The notes: generated by a model from the sequence alone, not told the origin. Positions 14,848 to 23,971 are shown, numbered from the stretch's first letter. The stretch: DNA of 31,135 nt from an uncultured bacterium (GCA_965662845.1 CBFIJD010000015.1:23679-54813); one strand, 5' to 3'. Numbers and translations: made by a program.

Positions 14848-17732
14848 AACTCTTGCGATTGCTCCGACATGCAACCTGTCACCACACCGCGAGCTCCCTC
14901 AACTTATGGGTGATCCCGCTGGTGCTGGCATATTTGATTGTTGTGCAATTGTGGGAAGAAGAACTCAATCGACAGCGCCGCACAGACACATTTCTCATCA
15001 AAAGCTACCGCGCCTTGAATCAACTGACTGAGGTGCTGCCGACACAAACGGACTGGGACAATAAGAAGCGTGTCGCAGAAGTCATGAAGCTGGTCCTGCT
15101 AGACCCTGACTTTGAGTTGATCGTTGTGCAGCATGCCGATCGGCCCTTGGAATATCACGCGCGCGCGCTGCGAAACGAACGCAGTGTTCAGCGTATTCAC
15201 GCCAGCCCCAAGCAGTTTGGGCTGGAGGCCAACACGCTGCGCTGGGCGCTGAATGCACAAGATGTCGTCGTGATTCACATCTATGGCTACACGCACTCGA
15301 TGACCCAAGGGACCGCCCCTGAGATTCTCTACGCGCCGTTTTTGCTGCTTCTCATTGGAGTCATTAACTTTCGGGTGGTGCATCTGAGAGTGCGCAAAAG
15401 CATGGACTTGTTGCAGGAACAACTCGGGCGGCCGATGGAACCCGGAGCAACCCTCCCGTCGATCCTGAGTCGCGACGCCGAGATCAAAGACTTCGCAGAA
15501 GATTTTCTGTATCGAAACATTCGGGTGCAGCGTCAGTTGCGTTACGCCGAAGTCCTCAATCGTGCGGCCTCAGAGCTCTCCAACACCGCCGAACAAACGG
15601 AGCTGAGTCAAACCCTCTTTGAGAGTCTCCGTCGGTTGTTGCCGGTTGAGCGTTGCGCCATCTTTTTGTGGGACGCAGAAACAGAGCGATTACACCTGCG
15701 CTCGGTGCATCCGCATCAGGGGGAGTCGCTGCAAGGGCTGCCCAGTTTTGAGGTTGGTCACTCTCTCATTGGTTTGGTCGCCAAGCAACGCCGCACGCTC
15801 TTTATTCCAGACTCTTCCAAAGACATCCGCTTTTTGCAGGAGAATCCGCTGAGCAACCCGCCGCGCTCTGTGCTCTTTGTTCCGATGATGGACGAACAAG
15901 AGCTGTATGGCGTGATGAGCGTCGCCGGCCCAGTAGGCGAGCTAGAGTATGCGAAAGAAGACCGCAACTTTGTGCTGGCACTGGCTCGGTTCGCCGTCTC
16001 TCGTCTGCGTAATCTTCGGCAGTTAGAAACGATTGAGGACTACAGTCGCACCCTTGAGCAAAAGGTCATCAAGCGCACCGAGCAGTTGCAGCAGGAGAAG
16101 CTGCTCTCAGAAGCGCTGGCGATGCGAGAACGAGAGGCGCGCCGTGTCGTTCAGGAGCTGTTGGACAACAGCGGAGAAGGCTTTCTCTCTTTTGATGCCC
16201 AGTTCAAAATTTGGCCCGAATACTCGCGAGCATGTGAGACGTTCTTGGGGCCGGAATTGGCGGGCAAGGATGCGCTAGAGGCGCTGTTCGGCCACTTGCA
16301 TGCTCCCGAAACTGACCTCACCGAAGATGTGCCGGATTTGATGACGTTGCGCCAGATGCTAGATTTGGTCTTTACGGGCGCCGGCAAGCTGAAGCAGTTT
16401 CGCGCATTTTTTCCGCGCGAGGTGCAATATGGCGAGCGCACCGCGACGCTGCATTACTATACGATTCGGCGGCGGCGGCGTACCGAGCGCATTTTGGTCG
16501 TGATCCATGACATCACGCGCGAGAAGCAGCTCCGCAAGCAGATGGATCAAGACGAAGAGCGCACCCAGCTCATTCTCAAGGCGTTCAGTGAACGAGAGCT
16601 GTTTTTTGAGTTTGTGAAGGAACAAAACCGGCTCTTCACCTCCATCCAAAAACTCTTGCAGCCGCCCTTAGAACAAAAGCAAGTCCACAGCCTGATCATC
16701 CAATTTCATACGATCAAAGGAAACTCGTCGTATTACGGCATGCGGCGGGTGAGCGAGCAAGCGCACCAAACGGAGACGTTCTTGGAAGAACAGATCGCGC
16801 AAGTCGATCGCTTGGGAGACGCTGCGGTTCATGAAGTGCGCAAACGCCTGAAGCAGATTCAGCAAGACTATCAGGCGTATTTAGACGAGCTGCAGAAGCT
16901 CATGCCAGAAGATTCTACGGATGAATCGCAGCGCCAGATTCGGTTGCACGAGTCAGTGGTGGAGCGCTGGCACGAAGGACTCGCCTATGTGCTCATCGAC
17001 AAGCCGTTTGAGATGATGCAAGCCGAAGTCGGCACTCAAGAAGAGATGTCGGAATGGCGGACCGCGTTGCGTCAAATGCAGCAATACCACCATGACTTGT
17101 TGCAGCAGGCAGTGGAGTTTTTGGTGCTGCAACCGATTGAGCCCTACTTCCGCAAGTTTGAAAACATCGCGCGGACAGTCGCCAAAAAATTGGGGAAAGA
17201 AGTCCAAGTCGAAGTTCGTGGCAGCGAGACTCGCATTCCCTACGCCCGTTGGTCCTCGGTTCTTGGAGCGCTGGTGCACGTGGTCAACAACTTGGTCGAC
17301 CATGGCATCGAAGAAGCGACCGTCCGAGAACGCTATGGCAAGCGCCCAGAGGGGAGCTTACGTTTTGGTGCCGAACAAGTGTATGGCGCCGTCGCGCTCC
17401 AGTTTGCCGATGACGGACGCGGCATTGATCCCAACCGCATCGGACAACTCGCGCTAGAGCGTGGCATCATCGAAGAGCCGTTTCTCCGCAACGCGACCGA
17501 GCAAGAGATTGTGGAGTTGATCTTCCTGCCCGGTTTCTCTTCTCGCAAAGACGAGGTCTCGGAGACGTCTGGTCGAGGGGTTGGTTTGGAGGCTGTCCGC
17601 CAGGCCGTGTTGGCTCTCAACGGCACGATTCACATCCATAGCGAGGTTGGTAGCGGGACGCGCTTTGAGATGAAAATTCCGGTCGCAAATCAGTTTGCTC
17701 GCCGAATTGAAGAAGCACGACGATCTCACTAG
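14844..17732 (+). CDS. CheA-like kinase with N-terminal TM/GAF/PAS-like sensors, internal Hpt and no CheW domain (class III HK architecture)
   Basis: Two TM segments, GAF (RSVLFVPM...YGVMSV), PAS-like (LLDNSGEGFL...DITREK), Hpt FHTIKGNS, CheA-type ATPase HVVNNLVDHGIE, DDGRGID, FLPGFSS...SETSGRGVGL. The protein ends about 15 aa after the ATPase domain. ATGA overlap with the upstream gene. Confidence 0.88.
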   Translation: MKLLRLLRHATCHHTASSLNLWVIPLVLAYLIVVQLWEEELNRQRRTDTFLIKSYRALNQLTEVLPTQTDWDNKKRVAEVMKLVLLDPDFELIVVQHADRPLEYHARALRNERSVQRIHASPKQFGLEANTLRWALNAQDVVVIHIYGYTHSMTQGTAPEILYAPFLLLLIGVINFRVVHLRVRKSMDLLQEQLGRPMEPGATLPSILSRDAEIKDFAEDFLYRNIRVQRQLRYAEVLNRAASELSNTAEQTELSQTLFESLRRLLPVERCAIFLWDAETERLHLRSVHPHQGESLQGLPSFEVGHSLIGLVAKQRRTLFIPDSSKDIRFLQENPLSNPPRSVLFVPMMDEQELYGVMSVAGPVGELEYAKEDRNFVLALARFAVSRLRNLRQLETIEDYSRTLEQKVIKRTEQLQQEKLLSEALAMREREARRVVQELLDNSGEGFLSFDAQFKIWPEYSRACETFLGPELAGKDALEALFGHLHAPETDLTEDVPDLMTLRQMLDLVFTGAGKLKQFRAFFPREVQYGERTATLHYYTIRRRRRTERILVVIHDITREKQLRKQMDQDEERTQLILKAFSERELFFEFVKEQNRLFTSIQKLLQPPLEQKQVHSLIIQFHTIKGNSSYYGMRRVSEQAHQTETFLEEQIAQVDRLGDAAVHEVRKRLKQIQQDYQAYLDELQKLMPEDSTDESQRQIRLHESVVERWHEGLAYVLIDKPFEMMQAEVGTQEEMSEWRTALRQMQQYHHDLLQQAVEFLVLQPIEPYFRKFENIARTVAKKLGKEVQVEVRGSETRIPYARWSSVLGALVHVVNNLVDHGIEEATVRERYGKRPEGSLRFGAEQVYGAVALQFADDGRGIDPNRIGQLALERGIIEEPFLRNATEQEIVELIFLPGFSSRKDEVSETSGRGVGLEAVRQAVLALNGTIHIHSEVGSGTRFEMKIPVANQFARRIEEARRSH

Positions 17733-17759
17733 CTTGGCTTCTCGTCGGCCCGCCTTGCA

Positions 17760-17788
17760 TTGCCTAAGCGCTGCTCTTGCGATAGTTT
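17760..17788 (+). promoter_or_regulatory. Possible sigma-70-type promoter for the 17822 gene
   Basis: TTGCCT-17 nt-TAGTTT in the intergenic region. Confidence 0.3.
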
Positions 17789-17821
17789 GTCTTCTTTTTT
17801 CCCTTTCATTGTGGGTGATTC

Positions 17822-19102
17822 ATGAGCGCATTTTATGCAGTGTCAGAGCTGGCAGTCCTGAGCGAGCGCGGCATTCAAGTTTTGCAGCCGGAGTTGACGT
17901 CCATTCGTCGGGATGTCGACCTCAACCGCATCGCGAGTGGTGTCGTGATGCATCCCTTCACCCGGATCAGCGGGTCTGAAACCGCGATTGGCGCCAACGC
18001 TGAGCTGGGTTTGCATGGCCCTGTGACCCTTGAAAACAGCGTCGTTGGGCCTGACTCTGTGATTGGTGCGCAGGGCCCTGTGAGTTTGTGCGACACGTGG
18101 ACGGGGCCGCGCACTGTGCTGGGGATGGGTACGGCAGAACAAGCGGTCTTTTTGGGACGAGAGCACGGCGCCGCGCCGCCGACTGCGGGGGTTGGGTTTC
18201 GGGTGCGCAAAGGGAGCCTTTATGAAGAAGGCGCGTGCTCGGCGCAGCACACCGACACCAAGATGACGATCTTGTTGCCGTGGGCGACTCTGGGCAGCAA
18301 TCTCAACTTCTGTGACGTGCTCCTGGCAGGAGGAATCGGCGATCAACCGGGACAGTTCAGTGAAGTGGGCAGCGGGACGATTCACTTCAACTTCACGATT
18401 CGTGGCGACAAAGCTACGGCGTCCTTGCTAGGGGACGTGGTGCAGGGGGTCTTTCTGCGGTCTGATCGACTCTTTATCGGAGGGAACAACAGTCTACTCG
18501 GGCCGTTGCAAGGTGAGTATGGTGCGTTTTCAGCAGCAGGCGCTCGGTTGGGAGGCAGCATGAGCCGGGGCTTGAATTTGGGGCAGCCGATGCCGTCGGG
18601 GCATGTCGCGTATGACGCGCGGTCGTTTCCTCAGCTGCGTCGAGTGGTGCATGCGCAGTTGCGTTTTTTGGGCGAACTCACCGCGTTGTTTCACTGGTAT
18701 GGTCAAGTGCGCATCCCGCTGCTGGCATACGACGAGTCGCGTAGCGCTCTTTACAAGCAAGCCCAAGAGCTGGTGCGTCGGAATATCCAAGAGCGCATTG
18801 CGCAACTCGACGTGTTGACTCAGCTGGTGAGAGGAGGCGAGGTGCAAAGTCGCGAGGCGCTCTCGGAGGCATTGCTTGCATATCAGCGCAACTGGCTGGA
18901 ACATTGGCCGGCGTTGCAAGCCCATCTGCAAAGCTTTGCGGACGAGGCACCCGAAGTCCCCGAAGTCTTAGCGCGCGAGCTGAGCACCGCGAGCGGCAAC
19001 TACACCGCAGTGATTCAGTCTCTCTCTGATGCAGCCGTCCAAGCGGGAACCGACTGGCTGGAGCGCATTGCACAAGAAATTCGTGAAGGAGAACAAGCAT
19101 GA
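17822..19102 (+). CDS. GlmU-related left-handed beta-helix (hexapeptide repeat) protein lacking the nucleotidyltransferase domain
   Basis: Hexapeptide-like repeats (IGANAELG, VVGPDSVIG) and KMTILLPWATLGSNLNFCD...SEVGSGTIHFNFT..GDK...FIGGN, resembling the GlmU acetyltransferase region. No LAAGxGxR motif. Helical C-terminal extension. Confidence 0.6.
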   Translation: MSAFYAVSELAVLSERGIQVLQPELTSIRRDVDLNRIASGVVMHPFTRISGSETAIGANAELGLHGPVTLENSVVGPDSVIGAQGPVSLCDTWTGPRTVLGMGTAEQAVFLGREHGAAPPTAGVGFRVRKGSLYEEGACSAQHTDTKMTILLPWATLGSNLNFCDVLLAGGIGDQPGQFSEVGSGTIHFNFTIRGDKATASLLGDVVQGVFLRSDRLFIGGNNSLLGPLQGEYGAFSAAGARLGGSMSRGLNLGQPMPSGHVAYDARSFPQLRRVVHAQLRFLGELTALFHWYGQVRIPLLAYDESRSALYKQAQELVRRNIQERIAQLDVLTQLVRGGEVQSREALSEALLAYQRNWLEHWPALQAHLQSFADEAPEVPEVLARELSTASGNYTAVIQSLSDAAVQAGTDWLERIAQEIREGEQA

Positions 19103-19521
19103 CCCACGCAGTGAGCAAATGGATGTTGATCGTTGGTGCCGTGTTTGGCGTCATCGGCGTCCTCTCGGGGTCGATGGGCGCGCACATGCTCAAAGCCCAA
19201 CTAGAGGCCACGAAAGGAGCCGCGAACTTTGACTTGGCCTCTACGTACCTTTTTTATCACGCGGGCGCGTTGATCTTGACAGCGCTCTTGATGGAGCGCT
19301 TCAGCCGCAGAGGGTTTCAGATCGCCGGCGGTTTGTTTGTGTTTGGCAGCCTGTTGTTTGGTGGGAGTCTCTTCATTTATAGCCTCACAGCAGACCGCTC
19401 GGTGACGATGTTTGCGCCGATTGGTGGCAGCAGTTTGATTTTAGGTTGGATTACTTTGGTCGTCACCTGTGTGCGCTTGCCGGTTGGAAAGCCCGCAAAG
19501 ACTGCGGAGCCGAGTTCGTAA
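19099..19521 (+). CDS. DUF423 / YgdD / TMEM256 family membrane protein
   Basis: GSMGAH, YLFYH, GSLLFGGSL and APIGG motifs, four hydrophobic segments. ATGA overlap and AAGGAG RBS. Confidence 0.9.
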   Translation: MTHAVSKWMLIVGAVFGVIGVLSGSMGAHMLKAQLEATKGAANFDLASTYLFYHAGALILTALLMERFSRRGFQIAGGLFVFGSLLFGGSLFIYSLTADRSVTMFAPIGGSSLILGWITLVVTCVRLPVGKPAKTAEPSS

Positions 19522-19584
19522 GCACGCCTTTTCGCTGAGCAGCCCGTGGCACACATTCTCTAGCACCCCACTTCTGATCGCAGA

Positions 19585-21927
19585 ATGTTGAGAATTTTTT
19601 GCAGCGTCTTCTTTGGATGGCTGTTCGTGGTTCCTGCTGCAGCAATCGAATTGCAGTGGAAGACGTCGGAGCCCGTGCGGCTCACCGTGAAAGACGGGGC
19701 CTCGTTGCCAGAAATCCTTCGCGGCCTCTTACAAGAGCACGCCGTCGCCGCTGAAAAAGTCCGCTTGGCTCCCAATCTCTCCCAAGACATCGCCGCTGTA
19801 GAGCGAGAGGCTTCTTCAGCAGAAGCGCTCTTTCAGTTCTTGCTTCGCGAGCATCAGCTGACGCTCTTAGCGGCGGAAGATCATTGGGAAGTGGTCGCGG
19901 ATCGTGAGGTGTGGCGACGGCGCCCTTACCAACGCTGGGTGGAGAGTCCGTTGGCGTTGCAAGAGGTTCTGCAAGAGCTTTCCCAGTGGGGCAAGATCCC
20001 GTTGCAATGGGCTCCAGATGCGCCAATCCGCCTCCAACTAGTGGAGTCCTTGCAGTTTGATTCGGTGGAGCAGGCGTTCCAGAACTTAGCCGCGCAAGCT
20101 GGGGCCCGGGTGGTGTATGATGCCGAGCGCCATCAGTTGCGTTGGGAACGCGCGGTACCAGAGATCACACAGTCGCTGACATTTCAAAACGCGACCGCCG
20201 CTGCGATTGCGCAATTTCTCCCTGAGGTGCCGAACGAGGTTACGGCTGCGGTTACATTGAGTTTCCCAGCGCAACGCATTGCGGTGTTGCAGGGCCCCGT
20301 CGACGCGGTGGAGCAGCTGCAGACGCTGTTGCGCCAGTTTGACGCGACGTGGGAACCGCCACAGGCACCGCCTGCCGAAGCGCTCCCGCAAGTGGAGACG
20401 CAGGTGGTTCGCTTGCAGCACTTGCCGCGAGAGCTGGCCGCGCAGCTTGTGGAGACCACCCAACGTGAGTTGCCTGAGACGCAAGCCGTCCAAGTTCGCT
20501 ATGTGGGAGAGCAACTGGTGCTCCAGGGGCAAGCCGAAGCCGTCGCTTTGCTGGAAACGCTGCTGGTGCAAGCCGATGTGGCCCCCGTCCATCAGGAGGA
20601 AGAAGGGCCACAAGCTCTGATGCCGCCGCAATCAGAATCGAGTCTCAAGCCAGCGAGGGTCATTTCGGTGGTGTTGGATGCGTTGCCAGACACACAAATC
20701 GCTGCCCAGCTAGAGCAGCTGGAGAGAGGTGGCGTTCGTTTGGATAACGTGAGCGTCTCTTGGAACCGAGGGACGCGCCCAGCCGTTTTGTGGTTGCAAG
20801 GCCGCGCAGACGAGGTAGAGCTTGTGCGTGAGACGTTCACCCAGTTAGAGAGCCGCTGGTTGCAGCAGCAGCTCTCGCAACGCACGACACCAAGAACCAC
20901 AATGATGGAGCGCTTTCGGTTGCGTCACCTGCAAGTGGGAGAGCAGCGTTTTGTGTCGGCGGGGCAAGACGTCACGCTACCAGGCGCCGAGCAGCAGCTG
21001 CGAGAGTACTTTCTACAGAACGCGGCTGGGGTTCCCGATGAAGACCTGCCACACATACTGCCAGATCCCCGCAATAATGCGCTGCTGGTGCAAGCGTCGG
21101 CAAAACAGCTGCGGCAGATTCAAGCGTTGTTGGATGTGTGGGATCAGCCCAGTCCACTGATTCGCATTGAGGCGCACATTTTTGAGACCACAGAAGAGTC
21201 TTCGCGGGAATTGGGCATGCGCTGGCGGGCCCGTAGTCTGTCGACAGCGGGTGTGGTGTCGGCAGAGGTCCCAGACTTTAGTGTCGGGCTTGTGGGGGGC
21301 CCCCAAGAGACGACCTATGCTTTGCGCATTGATGCGGTCTTGCGCTTATTGCAAGAGCGGGGGCAAGGGAGAGTGCTATCGCGCCCTGTGGTGGTCACTA
21401 TGAACAACATGGAAGCCGAGATGAACAGCGGCTCCATCCTGAATGTGCGTTTGATCAACGACACGACGACGCAGTTGCGCGAACTGCAAACAGGTGTCAC
21501 GCTACGGGTCACCCCCCGTTGGATTCCTTCCCAAACGAAGCAAGAGGCAGAAGGGTTGATTCGCCTAAGGATTTTCGCAGAGACGAGCACGCCCCTCAGC
21601 GAAGACGCGATTGATGGCATCCCGACTCTGAACACGCAACGCGCACAGAGCCATGTGGATGTGCCGAATGGCCAGCCGTTTTTGTTAGGGGGCATGATTC
21701 GGCAGCGAGACGGAGAGAGTCGGGCTGGGATTCCATGGTTGCAGGAGCTGCCGCTCTTGGGGTATCTCTTCTCATCATCTAATGTCGAACAGCGTTTTGA
21801 CCATGTGCTTGTCTTTGTGACGCCAACGCGCATCACTCCAGATTTGGCCACTCAGCCGCCTGCGCTGCAAGATTTGTCATCTGAGAACGCCACGAATTTG
21901 TTGAACACACCTGCGGGTTCGCCATGA
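19585..21927 (+). CDS. Outer-membrane secretin (SctC/YscC-like features) with an extended N-terminal region
   Basis: Signal peptide ending PAAA|I. N-domain repeats (LQGPVDAVEQL, LQGQAEAVALL, LQGRADEVELV), DPRNNALLV, DQPSPLIRIEAHIFE, VLSRPVVVTMNNMEA, TGVTLRVTP, NGQPFLLGGMI, GIPWLQELPLLGYLF, VFVTP. Confidence 0.9.
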   Translation: MLRIFCSVFFGWLFVVPAAAIELQWKTSEPVRLTVKDGASLPEILRGLLQEHAVAAEKVRLAPNLSQDIAAVEREASSAEALFQFLLREHQLTLLAAEDHWEVVADREVWRRRPYQRWVESPLALQEVLQELSQWGKIPLQWAPDAPIRLQLVESLQFDSVEQAFQNLAAQAGARVVYDAERHQLRWERAVPEITQSLTFQNATAAAIAQFLPEVPNEVTAAVTLSFPAQRIAVLQGPVDAVEQLQTLLRQFDATWEPPQAPPAEALPQVETQVVRLQHLPRELAAQLVETTQRELPETQAVQVRYVGEQLVLQGQAEAVALLETLLVQADVAPVHQEEEGPQALMPPQSESSLKPARVISVVLDALPDTQIAAQLEQLERGGVRLDNVSVSWNRGTRPAVLWLQGRADEVELVRETFTQLESRWLQQQLSQRTTPRTTMMERFRLRHLQVGEQRFVSAGQDVTLPGAEQQLREYFLQNAAGVPDEDLPHILPDPRNNALLVQASAKQLRQIQALLDVWDQPSPLIRIEAHIFETTEESSRELGMRWRARSLSTAGVVSAEVPDFSVGLVGGPQETTYALRIDAVLRLLQERGQGRVLSRPVVVTMNNMEAEMNSGSILNVRLINDTTTQLRELQTGVTLRVTPRWIPSQTKQEAEGLIRLRIFAETSTPLSEDAIDGIPTLNTQRAQSHVDVPNGQPFLLGGMIRQRDGESRAGIPWLQELPLLGYLFSSSNVEQRFDHVLVFVTPTRITPDLATQPPALQDLSSENATNLLNTPAGSP

Positions 21928-22325
21928 CCAAACATTTCAATCAAGCCAATTATCTCGAACGCAAACGCCGCGAACGCTTTTGGTCGTGGGCCGCAATGCT
22001 CTTCGGTGGATTCATCTTGCTCGATAGCGGAGCCCCGATTCCCATCCCTTTGGTGGGCTTGCCTTCCATGTTGTTGGGTGGCGCTTTGCTGGGGTTTGGT
22101 TATTACCAATATGGCAACTATCGCAAATTACCGCTGCATGAAGCCGTCGCGATCGCGCGTGATCAGAAGGGAGAACTCAGCCGAACAGACCTGTTCCTGC
22201 ACCTGCGTTTGACGGCAGAACAAACCGATGAACTGATCCATTTGCTCATCCGCGCTGGCTTTCTGGAACCTGTTGACTCTGAACTCCCCGCCGAACAGGA
22301 AGCTCGCTATCGCCTCTTGAAGTAG
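21924..22325 (+). CDS. Hypothetical inner-membrane protein (TM hairpin plus small C-terminal wHTH-like domain)
   Basis: ATGA overlap with the secretin stop and a 3-nt gap to lpxK. Two hydrophobic segments around GAPIPIP, then GELSRTDLFLHLRLTAEQTDELIHLLIRAGFL. Confidence 0.7.
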   Translation: MTKHFNQANYLERKRRERFWSWAAMLFGGFILLDSGAPIPIPLVGLPSMLLGGALLGFGYYQYGNYRKLPLHEAVAIARDQKGELSRTDLFLHLRLTAEQTDELIHLLIRAGFLEPVDSELPAEQEARYRLLK

Positions 22326-22328
22326 CCC

Positions 22329-23417
22329 GTGAATCTCTCGCATCTGACGCCCCCGTGGACGTGGAAATCTGCGCTGTGGCGCAGCCCGCTCTGGGCCCTC
22401 GCTTTCGTCTATGAAGCGCTGTTGCTGCTGCGCTTGTTCCTCTACCAACGCAAGATTTTGCCAACCCATCGTCCAGCAGCGCCTGTGATTGCCGTGGGGA
22501 ACCTGACCGTCGGTGGAACCGGCAAGACGCCGGTCATCGAGCTGTTGGCGCGCACGCTTCAGGCAGAGCAACGCAAGGTTGTCATCTTGAGTCGTGGATA
22601 TGGCCGGCGCTCTTTGGCGACCTTTCAGCGGTTTCAGGCGGCAACAGCGCCGTTTCCGCTTTCGCCCAAGTGTCTGGGAGACGAACCATTTTGGCTCGCG
22701 CAGCGTAATCCAGAAATCCCGATCTATGTGGGCGGTTCGCGTACGAAGACCGCGCGTTGGGCTCAAGCGCGAGATCAGCCGGATGTGCTCTTGCTAGACG
22801 ACGCGTTTCAACACGTCGCGGTTGCGCGAGACTTGAATCTGCTGCTGATTGACGCAGAGCGTGGCTTAGGAAACCGCCAGGTCTTGCCGTTGGGCGAGCT
22901 GCGAGAGCCCGAACATCATTGGAAGCGTGCTGACGCCATCTTGCTGACCAAGGCGAACTTAGGATTCGCCGAAGGCTGGACGCATCGTCTGCGCAAAGAA
23001 CTCGACGTGAACATTCCAATCTTTCGTTGTGACTATTCGCCCGCGCGTTTGCGACGCTTAGATGGGCAAGCCACGATGGAATGCGCTGCGTTGCGATCAA
23101 AATCGGTGTTTGCTAGCTGCGGTATCGCACAGCCAGACGGGTTTGCGCGCGTCGTGGAGCCGCTGTGCGGCGCATGGAAGGAGCTCTCCGCGTGGCCAGA
23201 CCATCAGGCTTACACCGCGGAGGATGTGCAGCGTCTGTTGTGGCTCTTTCGCAAAAGTCGTGCGCAGATCTGGCTGACGACCGAGAAAGATGCCGTCAAA
23301 CTCGCCGCCTTTTCTGAATTACAAGAGCAAGTCTGGGCCGTGGAAATGGAGGTGCGTCCGGAGCCCGCTTGGCAAGAATTCCTAATTGATTTTCTGAGAA
23401 AATATCCCGTACAGTAG
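22329..23417 (+). CDS. lpxK: Tetraacyldisaccharide 4'-kinase
   Basis: VGNLTVGGTGKTP, LSRGYG, GDEP, LLDDAFQH, LPLGELRE, PDH and TTEKDAVK motifs. Confidence 0.97.
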   Translation: MNLSHLTPPWTWKSALWRSPLWALAFVYEALLLLRLFLYQRKILPTHRPAAPVIAVGNLTVGGTGKTPVIELLARTLQAEQRKVVILSRGYGRRSLATFQRFQAATAPFPLSPKCLGDEPFWLAQRNPEIPIYVGGSRTKTARWAQARDQPDVLLLDDAFQHVAVARDLNLLLIDAERGLGNRQVLPLGELREPEHHWKRADAILLTKANLGFAEGWTHRLRKELDVNIPIFRCDYSPARLRRLDGQATMECAALRSKSVFASCGIAQPDGFARVVEPLCGAWKELSAWPDHQAYTAEDVQRLLWLFRKSRAQIWLTTEKDAVKLAAFSELQEQVWAVEMEVRPEPAWQEFLIDFLRKYPVQ

Positions 23418-23452
23418 AGAATTTTTCACGAGTTTCTGACAAGGAGATGCGT

Positions 23453-23971
23453 ATGGCCTTAATGAGAGTTCACGAGTTCCCAGACCCCATTTTGCAGAAG
23501 CACGCGAAGCCCGTTGAGGTCTTTGACGAGAAGCTCAAACAACTCGCGGAGGACATGCTGGAGACGATGTATCATGAGAACGGCATTGGTCTCGCGGCGA
23601 ATCAAGTAGCGGTGCTCAAGCGCATCGTGGTGATTGACGTGAATGCGGGCGAAGAAGACACCAGCTTGCGAGACCCCAAAGTCTTGGTAAACCCACAGAT
23701 TGTGGCCGCCGAAGGCGAAACAGCGATCGAAGAAGGCTGCTTGAGCGTCCCTGAATTTCGGGCCGAGGTGAAGCGCGCAGAGCGCATCACAGTGAAGTAT
23801 CAGAATGTGCAGGGCGAGCCACAAGAGATGGAGGCCGATGGTTTGCTCGCCATCTGTATGCAGCACGAGTTCGACCATTTGGAAGGGCGCCTGTTTATTG
23901 ACTATCTGCCGCCGCTGAAGCAGCGCATGGTCAAGAAACGCCTCGCAAAACTGGCGAAGCTCTCCGCATGA
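23453..23971 (+). CDS. def: Peptide deformylase
   Basis: GIGLAANQ, EGCLS and HEFDHLEG motifs. AAGGAG at 23441-23446 is spaced for ATG 23453. Confidence 0.98.
   Translation: MALMRVHEFPDPILQKHAKPVEVFDEKLKQLAEDMLETMYHENGIGLAANQVAVLKRIVVIDVNAGEEDTSLRDPKVLVNPQIVAAEGETAIEEGCLSVPEFRAEVKRAERITVKYQNVQGEPQEMEADGLLAICMQHEFDHLEGRLFIDYLPPLKQRMVKKRLAKLAKLSA

Noticed and set aside
16467..16481. (CGG)n microsatellite
   Set aside because: In-frame poly-Arg codons within the kinase; too short to imply a contingency locus.
14844..17732. Calling this gene cheA of a chemotaxis operon together with the MCP
   Set aside because: It has no CheW domain and no N-terminal Hpt, and no cheW/cheR/cheB genes are in the window; the MCP is 13 kb away in a separate unit.
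17822..19102. Assigning the symbol glmU
   Set aside because: The N-terminal uridyltransferase motif is absent, so bifunctional GlmU is not supported.
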